The position numbers and the translations under genes were made by a program. Below are positions 1-12,816 of a DNA stretch of 64,000 bases, piece by piece. Below the pieces are notes generated by a model. That model saw nothing but the letters and a program-made list of their open reading frames with translations. It was not told the DNA's origin and did no database searches. The first letter of the stretch is position 1. Every line of letters starts with the position of its first letter. Source of the stretch: Trichinella spiralis (lineage: Eukaryota); NCBI RefSeq assembly GCF_000181795.1, contig NW_003526941.1, positions 1,267,859 to 1,331,858 of the forward strand, read 5' to 3'.

Positions 1-1025
1 CGAGGATGGGTTTTTATGAATATTCAAAATAGATCCATCCATATATATTAGTCCAAACTGTTGATTTGTGCATATGTTTTGGTGTTTGTGTGCATTGGTG
101 TGCGTGGGTGTGTGAACTAGTGGAGAAAATCACTACTCATCACTATAGCAGCATCATTCATGAATTGTGGTAAATTCATGAATATTTACTTAGCTTCGAC
201 GGATAATTTTCTTGCTGTCTATTTGAAAAGCGAGAACGTCTAAGAGAAAAGTTGCTGCTCTCTTCTCGATTCTTGATTGAGGCATTCATGAAATTTGGGA
301 TTTGTGCAAGCGGATCGATGATGCGCATGCATGCCGACTTTCTAGTATGTTTGTTTGAATTGTCGACCGTTTCCTGCTTGTGAGTTGTTTTCTTCCTCGT
401 AAGCAATGGTCGTGTGCTTTTGTTCATTCAAACAGAATAAATTTGAATTATTTTTCAAATGAAAAGTCAATTGATCGCCAAGCAAATTTTTCAGTTTACG
501 ACGACCGACAGCTCAGTCTCATGGGATAAAATTCACACTGATTCGGCTAATTGTTGGCAACGTTTTATATTAAAGCCAACGTGCTCAATCTCGCTCGTAA
601 CTTTTAACAAATTAACAACTGAATCTCGTTGTAGCTTAACACTGACACACAGGTGTGCGTACATTCGAATTCATTGATCATCACTACTGTCAAGCCGAGA
701 TTAAGGGATATTCGAGCGGCAACAAATTAAGAAATAATTCTTTTCATATTTGTTTTAAAACTTATTATAATCAGCAACTGGTGAGAAACAGCCAGTATAT
801 TTATAATGTTTTTTCATCGATTAACTAACTCTAGTGCCGAGATCAATTTGTGCAGTTTTTACTCGACTGGAAGCTTGATGCTCTTATATGTCAGCCTTGA
901 CAAGACCCCCACCACCCTGGATAAACTTGGAATTGATAAAAATGATCAAAACAAAGATGATCGATTGATGTGCAGAACAGCGTGGAATTTTTAACAAAAA
1001 AATTTTTAATTTTTAAAACACTTAC

Positions 1026-1219
1026 CGAAAAAATAGACACTTTGATGCATCTTCTCTACGACGGACGGCTTTCCAGTAATTTTTCAACTGGAAAAAATCT
1101 CGATACTGTTGAAAAGGTAGCCTGGAGTCGAGTTTCGGCACTGTAGATTGGCCATCAGTTGTCAACGTAGCTCGTGACTTTTGATCACTGGAGTCTGTTT
1201 TTGACGACAGACAGCCCAT
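1026..1219 (-). CDS. First coding exon of a probable N-acylated (myristoylated/palmitoylated) globin; remaining exons not found, probably left of the window
   Basis: MGCLSSK N-terminus (Gly2, Cys3), then an A/B-helix-like segment DSRLPFQQYRDFFQLKNYWKAVRRREDASKCLFFR. The exon ends in a phase-2 GTAAG donor at 1025, compatible with the conserved globin B12.2 intron. A CAG acceptor lies just before the ATG, and an upstream UTR donor is at ~1471. Confidence 0.6.
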
Positions 1220-1362
1220 CTGAGGCGTATCTTAGCGAAAAATACAATGCTAATGTATGATTTTAACGTATACATGCTTACAATTGTACTTTATTTTGTT
1301 TTTTGGTATTTCTTTTTTGTTTAGCTAACTGGTGCTTGTTTAGACGGTCAACATTGCTTCAA

Positions 1363-1395
<33 letters not shown>

Positions 1396-3796
1396 CATTT
1401 CTGTTGCTACTGCTACTACTACTGTTTTATTGTCAGTTATGATTACATGTGAACGAACAATGGTGTCTTACCTGTGAGCTTGAATAGTTTGTGCTTAAGT
1501 CAAGATTTGATCAGGTGGTTGGTTGGTGGGGGTTATTTGACAAGGCAAACTATTTGACACATTGGATAGATGCTTCATGAATGGCGATGAGATTTGGCAA
1601 AGGGTTAAGGAAACGAGCACGAGTTTGCCACAGTGGCGTCGGTTAAGCTTTGTTCGCGTCGTTGGACAAGATTAATCAATTCATTCAGCAACTGCGCTTA
1701 TTCCAGGCGTCCACTACGACGAAATTGAGAGCCAGCAGAAGAGTCAATAGGCAGAGCAAGATGACATGGCTGAGAAGTAGCTAAACAAAATATACTTTAT
1801 AACCAAGCACGCTGTGCAGTTTTTTTTAAAGGCATGCTTTTATTATTATTATTATTATTTTTGTTTTGCTCGCTGGTTTTCAATTTAAACTTTCACAGTT
1901 TATAATTTTTTTAAAAATATCTGCTTGAATCACAGAATTTTATCGATTTCAAGAATGCTAAAAGAGGAAAAAACAACTGTAAATTAATTGAATTTATCTG
2001 AAGATGTATGTGATTTTTACATCTAGGTGAACTGAAATATAATTACCCAGAATTATGGAATATATTGCTTGAGTGGAATGGTGAAGGGAGCGGCGTGGGT
2101 GGGGGTGGGGGATTGGATAGAATTTTCAGGATTGGCTTTGGTTTGCAGTTCTGCCGTCGGTTTTGGTGAAGTTGAATACACGCATCAATTAATGTTGAAT
2201 TGAAGCGGCAAAAATGTCACGCCGTGGTCAATATGAATGGAATAGAATCATGTCGATTGACAAAATTAACATCATATGAATCAAGGGGACGTTTATTTTC
2301 ATTTTTTCTTTTCTGTGTAGCATTTTCAGCAGTCGTTAATCCTACGTACAGTTTTCATGTGCTAACACATTATTTATTTCTGCTGATAGGAGAAAATTGA
2401 TGCTTTCTGTTCTGTTCGTTGTTGTTCAGTTGCAAATAATATATTTTACTTCCACAATGGGGCAGTCATTGTTTGCGCATGTTTCTTGTTTAACAACAAC
2501 AATTTCAAATCAGTGAATAATCATAAAATCTGGTGGGCAAGAAAAAGGATAATGGGATAAAGATGCTTTTGTGCAGTCAGGTGGAAAAATATTTGCAAGC
2601 ATTATTGTTTGTCAGTATAGTTAATCATCATGCACGAATGGGGAGGGAATTTTGAATTGCGATAATGTTTATCCTGGAAAAAATTGTCAATGAATGAATT
2701 GGTAAACTGGTGATCATAACCTCTCTGTTTGTCAATTTATTCCACACATGCACGGAATGCTTGACAAAGCGATTGGATTTGATTTTTGAAATGCTTCATT
2801 AATATTCTCTTTGCGATTTTATTTGATGATATGATGCAAAATGATTTGAATATGGAAAACGCTTGTTGTAAATAAATGTTGTTTGTTCACCATCATGCAA
2901 TAATGCACAGGAAACTAGTGAATAGGTTGTGGATTGCTTGCTTTCTTTAGTTGTTGGTTGTTGATCAGTTGGTTGGATCAATTTACAGTTTTCCAATTCA
3001 TAATCAATCAGCTCTACCGGTGATCAATAATTTCCCTCTTTTCTACTTTTGTTCGAACTTACTTGAGGGGTCAAAAGTTGAAAATCGAGCAATACGCGAA
3101 TACCGTTGCTTTGATGCTTTAAGCTAGTCGATGAAAAATTAAAAAAAGAAAAACAATTTGTAATTATACTTTGTGCGCATGATAATTGTTTGAATGGATC
3201 ATATTTGAGTATCATTTGTATGAAGTGAAAGAATCCAGTACAGAATACAAATCATTTAGTACTTGAATGAATGAACATTTGATATCATAGCTGAGTAATA
3301 GATCTATATATGTATGTATATGTACAGTGATTATTGAAAAATAAAATTGACGCGAAATGAAATGGAAAATTAAATAAATGATTCATCATTTGAGCTTATT
3401 TGATAAAGCATGGTAAAGTTTCAATGAATTTTTTATTTATTTACTTATTTTCGAAAGTTAATGTGAACAGTTACATTGATTAAACTTATTGAAATGTAAG
3501 CTGTGAAAGTAGACAAAAAAATTTTGTACGGACAAGAATTATTTGCATATATTCATTATCTGTACTTTGAAAAACAAGCAGTCCAATATTACCTGTTCGT
3601 CAAGCTTCGGCTGGTATACTTTATTGTACTTTGTACGGTACTGGATTGGGTGAATTTTCATGTCATATTATTCAATCTCAATTGAGGAATATTTTCTTTA
3701 TTCGCTTATTTTAATATCTGCTCCAGGTCAGGATCTGAAATGGGTCAAATTGAATGAAAGTGATGAACAAAATGCTCTACAGCATTTCTGTTGTAT

Positions 3797-3817
3797 ACAT
3801 ATATATATATATGTATA

Positions 3818-3872
<55 letters not shown>

Positions 3873-3883
3873 AGAGAGAGAGA
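3797..3883. repeat. Compound microsatellite (TA)n(TG)n(AG)n
   Basis: Directly visible dinucleotide runs; they explain the CVCV/HTHT spurious ORFs. Confidence 0.95.
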
Positions 3884-5004
3884 CAGTGGAGAGGAGAGGA
3901 GAGCAAAGTGAAGCAAGCATACATAAATGGACTGGTGCATTACGCAAGTGACCAGCGCTTGCTAAACAGTGTGCAACTTTTCACAACATTCCACGTGACG
4001 TGCGTGTCAATGATTGATTTGATGCGTTCAGAATGTAGACATTTACGTAATAGCTGTGGATGGCGTCATTGCTCATTACACTATTAGATTTCAGTTCAAT
4101 TCGAGCTAGACATAACATATGCAAAAAAGAATGGGATAAATCTAAAAAAATCATTTTTACGTGATTTTTTAAACTGTTTGTATGCTCGGTTGTGTTGGTT
4201 TCTTAATCAATCCTTTTGCATTCACTGCTAAGATTTTTATTTCTAGCATAAATTTTAGGCAGATATTGCATTATTAAATTATCAATGTTCGTCAGCTATC
4301 GACGATCATCATATGTTGTGTATTACGTACGACACATTGAGTTACAAAAATGTATTTTATTTGGTTAGATGTAGATTTTCTTTTACATTTTTAACTTTTG
4401 TCTTGAAAAAATGATGAATTTGAAGTATAATACGTTTTCGATATCAAGTTTACATCATCAGCACTAATTATGACGTACGCATGTATATGCATGCGTGCCA
4501 TGGATTCAGCAGTATCATGTGCATGCAATTACAGTATGTGATATAATTTTTATTCGAAAACAAAGTTTATTGTATCCACACAGTTTAACCAAATGAATTT
4601 TAAAAAGTAAAAGTAATAATAATAATAATAACCAATCCAAACAATTCAAATTTAACATGGGAATCTCGTCGCCAGTTCACACTGTTTTTACTGCTTGTTG
4701 TCCAACGTCGAAACGGTAAAAGACATCACCTGTGCAAGCAGAGGAATTCGACATAAAAATGGTTTTTTCATCAAAAATGGGCAAAATCCACATCTGAAAC
4801 AATAAATAAGTCTGTTGTTTTGTTACAAAGTTATTAAGCATAGTTCGTTCATCAGTCAATAGCAGGAGAAAAAAGTACTGAAATAAGTCGATTTTGATGT
4901 TTATAAGTAGGTGGTGGTTTGAGTTATTCAAAAATCTGTTATGTTGTTATTCAATGTTAAATTATAATATTGTTGTGCACTTTCTTATGAAAATTACTTT
5001 TTCT

Positions 5005-8000
5005 TCACATTCGTTTCTCATGCTGCTGCTGCTGCTGCTGATGATGATGATGTTGTTGTTGTTGTTGCTGTTGCACATTGGGAGGATACATGTAGTTGCC
5101 GTAATGTGCATTCCATTGGTGAGGAGGTATTTGTCCAGCAATCATGGGCGACGGGTATTGCGGTTGATTTTGGTAATAATAATTAAAATAAGATGGATAA
5201 GGATTATTTCCGGGAATTCTGGGCAACATTTTGTTCTCTCTAAAAAGAGGTAAATATGTAAAAATATATAGGAAGAGTAAAAACAAAAGATAACTGTTTA
5301 TTATAATATTACATGGGTGGGCCATTTCTTGGCGTGGCAGCTTTATCTTTGTCATTTTCTTTCACGAGATTTTGGAATTGCATGTGAGCCTCGTAGTGAC
5401 TTTGAATGCTGAATAAAACGTTCATATTTCACTTTTTAAATAAATGAAAGTAGTAGTTATTGACTGCTATATCTTACGCTGCAACGTCTGGACTGAAATC
5501 TTCCAGAGCTGTCATTTTACGTTGAGAAAATTGCAATTTCACCGAGTCTGGAAGGTCGGGAGAAGCTATCGCTCGATCCAACGTTTGAAGCAACAAATCC
5601 AAATTAAACGGTTGTCTAGCATATGCTAAATCGACCAGCTGCAGGTACAGTTCAATGCTTTGCTGAAAATTACAGAAACAGTAACAACAAGAACACCATG
5701 ACCACCAAACCATTAAACAATTTTTTCACATACTTTATCTTTTTCTAAAGCATTCAAAATTATCCGTTCTGCCTCTTCAGAATTATTTCTCATCTATACA
5801 TCACAATATTAAAAATGCAAAACAATACATTAAATATTGATAATGTTATTCTGATTACCTTTAGCTGAAATCTGGCGTATTTGATAGCATAAAACGAACG
5901 CACTTTCAAATCAAGCGTTTCGTTGTTGATGAAACGTTCATACAACGCACAAAGACTACCACAGTCAGTAGTGGCGTCGTTTGCAGGATTAGACAACAAT
6001 TGACGACGTTCCAATCCAAGTCGACGAATTGCTATCATTATATTTCCTGGACTCATTTTTTCATACGAATCCAAAACGTGGGCAGCTTCATCGAAATTGC
6101 CTAGAATTTATAAATTATAAAAAGGCAAAATAAATATGGAATTGCTATTATTATAATGATGATGATTTTGTTTTTGCCAATTACAAAATTATTACCATGT
6201 CTTTCTTCGAATGCTGCCCAGGATAAATGGATGTTCGGTTTCCTGGACAAATAATGTGTTTGACATGCTCTGGAATAGATTTGGCGCGTTTCGACATCGC
6301 TGACCGTTTCCATATAATTCGCGTACTACAGTAAGGAAATGATAGTGCAATTTAGAAATTTGAATATATTCTCCTCTAGCTATACCATAATCCACATTTC
6401 TTCGTACATGGCGCAGGCTATCAGGCAACGTTCGAACAATACTTGAATTCTTTCTCGATTGCCTTCACGAATTTCAAATTCACAATACTTTTTCCAGTTG
6501 TCCAACTGCGAACGTTCCAGCGGTTTCACGTGGAAGTACGGTCGACTTATCTGAAATTTTTCATTTTTGCATAAATTCCATATAAATAAATGCTTTTCAT
6601 TTTAAACATTTACTCTATTTTCGAAAGGTAAGCGTCTGTTCACAGCCGTATGCAACTCTTCAAACAGTTTTTCTCGGCTCTCTTTGATTCTTAAGCGTAG
6701 ATCAGCAATTGCTGGCTTGGTCAAAGCCTTAAACAGTTTTACATTCAAAAGTTGAACAGCAAGATAATTGCTTTCCACTTTTTACTCGTTTTTCCTTATC
6801 TTTATCCGGCAGCAGAGCAGTAGAATCTTCATCATCTATTTAAAAAAAGTCGAATATTTATATAAAGAGCAAAATTACAAATTTAACAACTCTAATATTT
6901 GTTTGTCCAAATGTGAAAATTTCTCTGAAATAAAATACAAGTACAATTGTAAATTCATACTTGTGAATACTTTAATGTTCTTCGCTTTCAACATCCGACA
7001 AGTGTTGTTGAAAACAGTGCGATATTCTTCTTCGCAGAGAAGTTCTTCAGGGTGGTGATTATCGATAAGTGTGCGCAAACTATAATTATGTAGAATGAGA
7101 AAAGGTTGAGATTTTTCTCAAAAAATCGAGAGACAAATGGAAAACTTTACTTGCTGTAGCTACTCTTGTAATAATCAGTTGGAATGGTAAGCAGTTGATC
7201 GTAGGTGGCCATTACTGCTTTGAAATTCTTATTACTATATTCCCATTCAATGTAATCCCTCCAGAGTTCTTTAGAACAAAATTCTCTACCGGCAACCATT
7301 ATCGCCCGTTGATAAATCCTAATATGATATCAGTTATTATAATAATCGTTTAACATTCAACTGTTGTGCATTTTTATTCAAGTTTTGGACAAAAGTGCGT
7401 TAGATGTCAAAGTTCATTAACACATACGCTCTTAACTGTTCTTCGGACTGTTCATAACGTTTAAGAAAGTCAATGTAACTCATCCATAGGTCCACACTCA
7501 GTGGAATTACTGATACACCACGTTCATATACCTATAAAAATAGATTATCAGAAATAACATTTACATTTTGTTTTTTTTTTACTATTTTGAAATATTAGCT
7601 AATAACATGATGGTGAACACAAAGGAAGGTTTCACTATTATTACATGAAAACAATCCAATTCTGTTTGCAGAACCCTTTCAGTAGATGAACAACAGAGAA
7701 TAATAATTTGCTTGAACAGGATTGTCGTTGATGTGAATTCTCTCATAAAAATATTTCACATTTCAATGGATCTCTACAGCTATGACAAGTAACCGTATAA
7801 CATCTACATTAGATTAATTTAAGAGAAGCATAATTATACTCTGCAATTTCAATTTTGGTAACTAAAACCAATATTCAGCGTTCCTTTCGTCGATGTATTT
7901 ATCATTTATATTTCAAAATATTCTTCCTGTAGCAACAATCTAGGAATTGCACTTGCTTATCAGGAACTAAGATACGGTAAACCAATTTATGATTCATATC

Positions 8001-9110
8001 TGTGAAAATAAAAACAATTATAAGCTGAACAATTAATTTTTCAACAAACTTTGTCAACAAACAAGACAAATTATTTAAATAACTATACATACATAATGCT
8101 GAGAAATTCACTTTGTTGCACAGTAAATTATGCAACAGCTAATGAAAATTTCAAGATATCAATTCTTAAGTTTTATGTTTTCCCTCCCGACAAAATCCAT
8201 CCCTATTGAAATTATTGATCAGTGCGCATCCAAATTAGATATATTTATTTTGAGGAACATAAAAGGATTACAGTAATAAAGTGAATCACAAAAATCACAA
8301 TGTGCGCGAGCAGTTGATTTGCTCTCCAAGTTGCAGTAGTTGTTGATGGACAGATGGGGATCCTATAAAATTGGTTAGCTGTCGTAATATGGAGAACTTC
8401 ATGATTAGGAAAGCGAAGCACAAGAAGAAATAAAAAAGATAAATATAAATTCTCTTTCTCACTTGAATGCATTTCTCTTCGTTGTGATTCTTCAATTCAA
8501 GGCACGCGTACTTTGTCCAATAGCCAAAGCACAGTGGATAACGAGCTAAGAAAGTATCAAACGATAATCGCACGGCTTCTATATCATTCTGTAAGAATGT
8601 ATTAGTGAAAATAAACTTTTCTTAATACCAATTTCAACAACTTACAGCTTTTTCTACATAACTTAAAAGGCGCATCCAATTCTCAAAGTTATTCGGATCA
8701 TTGTCGACTTTGGCCCAGTAGTAGGTTAAAGCTTTTGCATGTGCGTCAACATCATGTTCTCCGTTGTGTTGAACTGATCTGTTAGTGCTTTCGTCAACAT
8801 GTTTGTGTGCGCGTCTTGCACTGCTTCGTTCATCACTGTCAGAACGTTCCGATGAGGAATACTTCCTCCTCTTCCTTCTGGAACTTCCGCTGCGACTTCT
8901 ACTACTGTGGTGTCTTCTGTCACTTCGACTTCGTCTGTGATGCTTTTCCAAACGGTGCGCACTGCGTCTGGATCGCTTCCTGCTTCTGCGTTCTGACGAT
9001 CTTCTTCTACTGTTATAACGTCTCGGCGATGATTCTATTCCACTTGCTCTTTCATCCGATTCACTGCCGCCAGATCGAGAATAACAATAGCTTTCAGAGA
9101 TTGAGTCCAT
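5005..9110 (-). CDS. PRPF39: Pre-mRNA-processing factor 39 (U1 snRNP HAT-repeat protein), multi-exon
   Basis: Spliced exons give [78 protein letters not shown] and [17 protein letters not shown], plus a Y/Q/P-rich C-terminus. Exon 1 is 9110-8646, exon 2 8588-8463, exon 3 starts at 7531, and the stop is at 5005-5007. Confidence 0.92.
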
Positions 9111-10385
9111 GTAGATAAGATGAAGCCTAAGAATGTAGAAAATTAATTATGAGTTTGAAATCATGAACTAAAAGTTTACAGAATAAAGCAAAGGAAAAAT
9201 ACAACTGAAACTTGTGAAGCTTTTCTCCAGCACATAAAATAACAATTCACTGGAAACTGATTAAATCGATTATGCTAAAGTAAATGCCACTATTGTAAAC
9301 TGCAAATTAAAGTGACTGTTTACAAACGAATGTCTGACAAAAGTCGCCTTGTTGCACACAAAACGTTACATGATAATTTATTTTAGGGAATTCAAAAGTT
9401 GAAAAGATTATTAATTTTTCCGAATATTTTGAAAGAAAGAAGCACAGCATCAATTGCCTGTCACTTCAAATTCAAATGTAAAGAAAAGAACCAATCACTT
9501 TTACTATGTGAAGATAAGCACGATTATCAAAAGTTTCACTGAACGAATGTAAAAATGTGGACAAAAAGACAATGCATGCATTTACATTCACGTATGTAGA
9601 CCAGTTTGTTTAAATGAATTTTAGTCCCATTGTCTTACTGTATTACAGTACGTTTAATAATTTTCAAGCTTTTATAAGCTTTTTTTGAAATTAATTAAAG
9701 AAACAATCATTTTGTAATGTTTTCTGTAACATATTTACACAAAGAACTGCAATAAATTTTTACAGTAATGAAAAAGGAAACATTTATCACCATAAGCCGT
9801 TACATTTTCAAATTAGTGACAACAATTTTTATCATGCCAGTACATATTTATAAACTTATCTCTAAAACGTATAAAAATGTACAAATGTGCCGTTATTGTT
9901 TGGAGAAAGACTTGAAAACTTATTTACAGATGGAAAAGTTGCTGCTATGTGCTTGTCTGACAAACAATTGCGTACTGTGCAGATTATTTTCGGTGGATAA
10001 ATGTGATTGTTAAGACTAACAGTTTCTTGAAGTTATCCATACTGTATTTTTTACTTGAATTTCATTTCGCTGTCGATTTGTCCATCTCTGTGTGATGTGA
10101 TTTGTTTTTATTAAAAATTTGTTTTGATGGGTATTGGTCATTCCCAACTGTTTCCTTAAGTTCTCTCGTTCAGCGCATTAGCCGAAAGGATAAAGTTTCC
10201 GTACTTGTTATTATTTGTGAATTGATATATTTTTTACGTAACATTGATCGCTTTGTATGTCAGCAAATTTGTGAAAGTTAAAATGCTTCATTTCAATTCA
10301 CTGAATTGTGCTTTTGTTATATAGCTTACTTGTTTCGGCTTTCGTGATTAATTTTATTTTGTCCTGGAACGATATTTAAGCAGCA

Positions 10386-11335
10386 ATGTTAACGAAAACA
10401 TTGCTTAAATATAATTTCAGGTAAAAAATTGTTTTACTTTTTCCATGATATAACTGTTTCTTTTTCTGAAGAGGGAACAGTTTGCTGCTTCAGTATTGTT
10501 GGTCTCCAAGATCTCCGTCATCAACGGCTGCTGATGTTCACGAAAGCAAGGACAGTGTTTTTAAAGAAAATCACCAACCTTTTCCTCCGCCTGCCGTTGC
10601 CAATGAACCCTGCAATGCTTCTCCTGTCGTGACTGAATTGGTTGAAAAAATTGCAAATTTGTCTCTGTTAGAAGTGTCCGATTTGAACAGGCTTTTGCGG
10701 GTGATTTAAATATTTCGTACTTTGTGTAAGTTTATTAAAAAATTTCATTAATATTTAGAAGCGTTTAAATTTACCCGACACGCCCACAGTTTTTCCAGGA
10801 ATGGGTATGTTCAGCCCTGCTGGTGAAATTGGCGAAATGAAGGTTTCCCCTTTATGTCACCATTGTTGAACAGTGATCAATTTTGTGAGATATTTTTAGA
10901 AAGACGAGAAAAAAGACGTTCAGCAGAAGACTTCGTTTACTTTGCGACTTGTGAAATTTGATGAAAGCAAAAAGATTGCACTCATCAAGGAAATAAAGAA
11001 TGTCGTTCCCGGGCTGAATCTGGTTCAGGTTTGTTTAAATCTTTTAACACTAAGAATTATTTAATTTTTAATTATTTATATTTTAGGTATTTTTTTTTCA
11101 ATCTTTCGTTTAGAATTTTTGTTTTGAATGGCTCATTCAAAACTTTATAATTTAAAATATCGAATGATTGATACTGTAAAAAGATAGTCAGGTTTTATTT
11201 TTTTGGTGATGTGTCTAGGCAAAAAAGTACGTCGAAACTTTGCCGCAAATTGTCAAGGAAGATATTGGTCAGACCGAAGCGGAGAAATTGAAAGAGCAAA
11301 TTACCGCAGCCGGTGGGGAATGTGTAATAGAATAA
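10386..11335 (+). CDS. MRPL12: Mitochondrial ribosomal protein L7/L12, 5 exons
   Basis: Spliced product: MLTKTLLKYNFR...LVEKIANLSLLEVSDLNRLLRKRLNLPD...QKTSFTLRLVKFDESKKIALIKEIKNVVPGLNLVQAKKYVETLPQIVKEDIGQTEAEKLKEQITAAGGECVIE*, a typical bL12 sequence. The start codon is less certain. Confidence 0.9.
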
Positions 11336-11658
11336 ATTGTTATTGTGGGATCATGGAGTTGAATATTTTTATTGAGTTCAATAAAGCTTTTCAGCCAGTT
11401 TTTTTTCTACATCACTTGCTCAGCTTTGAAAGCTCTTTTTGAATCGTCGTAATTTGTTTATTGTTTGAAACAGTAACAATAGTAGTTATATTAGTAGTAC
11501 GTTTGCTGAAGAAATTATCGGCCAAACCATTCCATGATGGTAAGTTTTTGATGAAAATTAATTCGTCTATCGTTTCCTTGATTTTGGGAAAGTTTTTATT
11601 TTTGTACTGTTTTCTTTTCTTTTTTTTTTAAATTTTTTTCGATTCATGAAATTAATAA

Positions 11659-12816
11659 TCAAAAATGATATCCAACTTTTAAACAGTGTTTTCCAATTCC
11701 AGTTGCGCAACATTTTGTATTATTGCTTTTGCAATCCGAATTGGAAGAACAATTTCCTTCGTTTTCAGGTTTCATTTCTTGTGCAATTTTTAGCGGAGGA
11801 CAGACGTTCACTTCAGCTTTGCAGCAAACTGAATTCAAGCAGAAATAATCCACAGTACAGTCGGCCGACGTGTTGCACACGCCAACCGGTGGTTCATCGT
11901 TTGGACAGGAAGTTCCACGTCGTCCGATGACCATTTTCTTTTCGCGGTATTTGAATGGTAATACAATTGGATTTTTGCAGTACAGACCGTTCAACGTGAC
12001 GCAACATTTTCTCCATCCGTCGCAGTCGGAATCTTTTGAACAGCGAAAATCGTCTTCTTCTGGAAGGCTATTTGGTGAGGGACATTTTCCTGGTTTTTCT
12101 TAAAAAAATAATTTCCCAATCATGAACGCAACAAAAATGCATACGGGTAACGCATGTGAATTTTTCTCTTATTTGATATTCTATTTTTATCAGAATAGTG
12201 AGATGAAGAAAAATAACGAATGATGAATACAACTCACGATAGGCTTCTGACAATGGCGTGATGCATTTGTAACCATCTTCTAGTCGGCAACATTTTTGAA
12301 TTCCATCACAGTCGAAATCATGACGACAGCGCTTTTCACGCTCTCCAAAGTTGATGTCAAAAAAGTGCGAGGTAGGACAGTATCCAGTTTTATTAATTTT
12401 GCAGCAATATTTGTGCAAGCATGACTCATAAGATGCGCAGTCTTTGTCTGAGTTGCAGGCTGTCGTTCGCGGTGATCCATCCGGACAGTTTACTGTAATT
12501 TTCAAATTATTATTGATGTGCATTTTTAAAGTAATTTTTGGTTGTGAATGTTTGCTTACACGAGATCACTCTCATCAAGCATACGTTGCCCAGTGCCGTT
12601 GGACAGCATTGTTCGTTATTTTGACAGTGATTATCTGACCAACATTTGTTGATTGCATTCAGTACAATTGGAGGAGATTTCGGGCAAGAGTCTGTTATAT
12701 TATTGTTGTTATTTTTGAGAGAGAAGGAAAAAGGATGACTTACTGAAGTTGCTAACTGCGTTGCACGTCCATTTGGAGAGAAGCGTAAAAATTCCAATAC
12801 TGACAAGTAGGTACAT
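11659..12816 (-). CDS. Secreted cysteine-rich protein with four 6-Cys WAP-like domains and two lustrin-like Cys repeats, 4 exons
   Basis: Signal-peptide exon MYLLVSIGIFTLLSKWTCNA. Domains such as KPGKCPSPNSLPEEDDFRCSKDSDCDGWRKCCVTLNGLYC alternate with CPDGSP..C..C..C..CC units; introns are canonical GT-AG. Confidence 0.85.

Noticed and set aside
3660..4087. ORFs with CVCV/HTHT runs (also near 17880-18308, 19096-19325, 27393-27665)
   Set aside because: They are translations of dinucleotide microsatellites.
4677..4931. Minus-strand ORF downstream of PRP39 with a TTTCAG acceptor
   Set aside because: No recognisable product; PRP39 already has an in-frame stop at 5005. Probably 3' UTR or flank.
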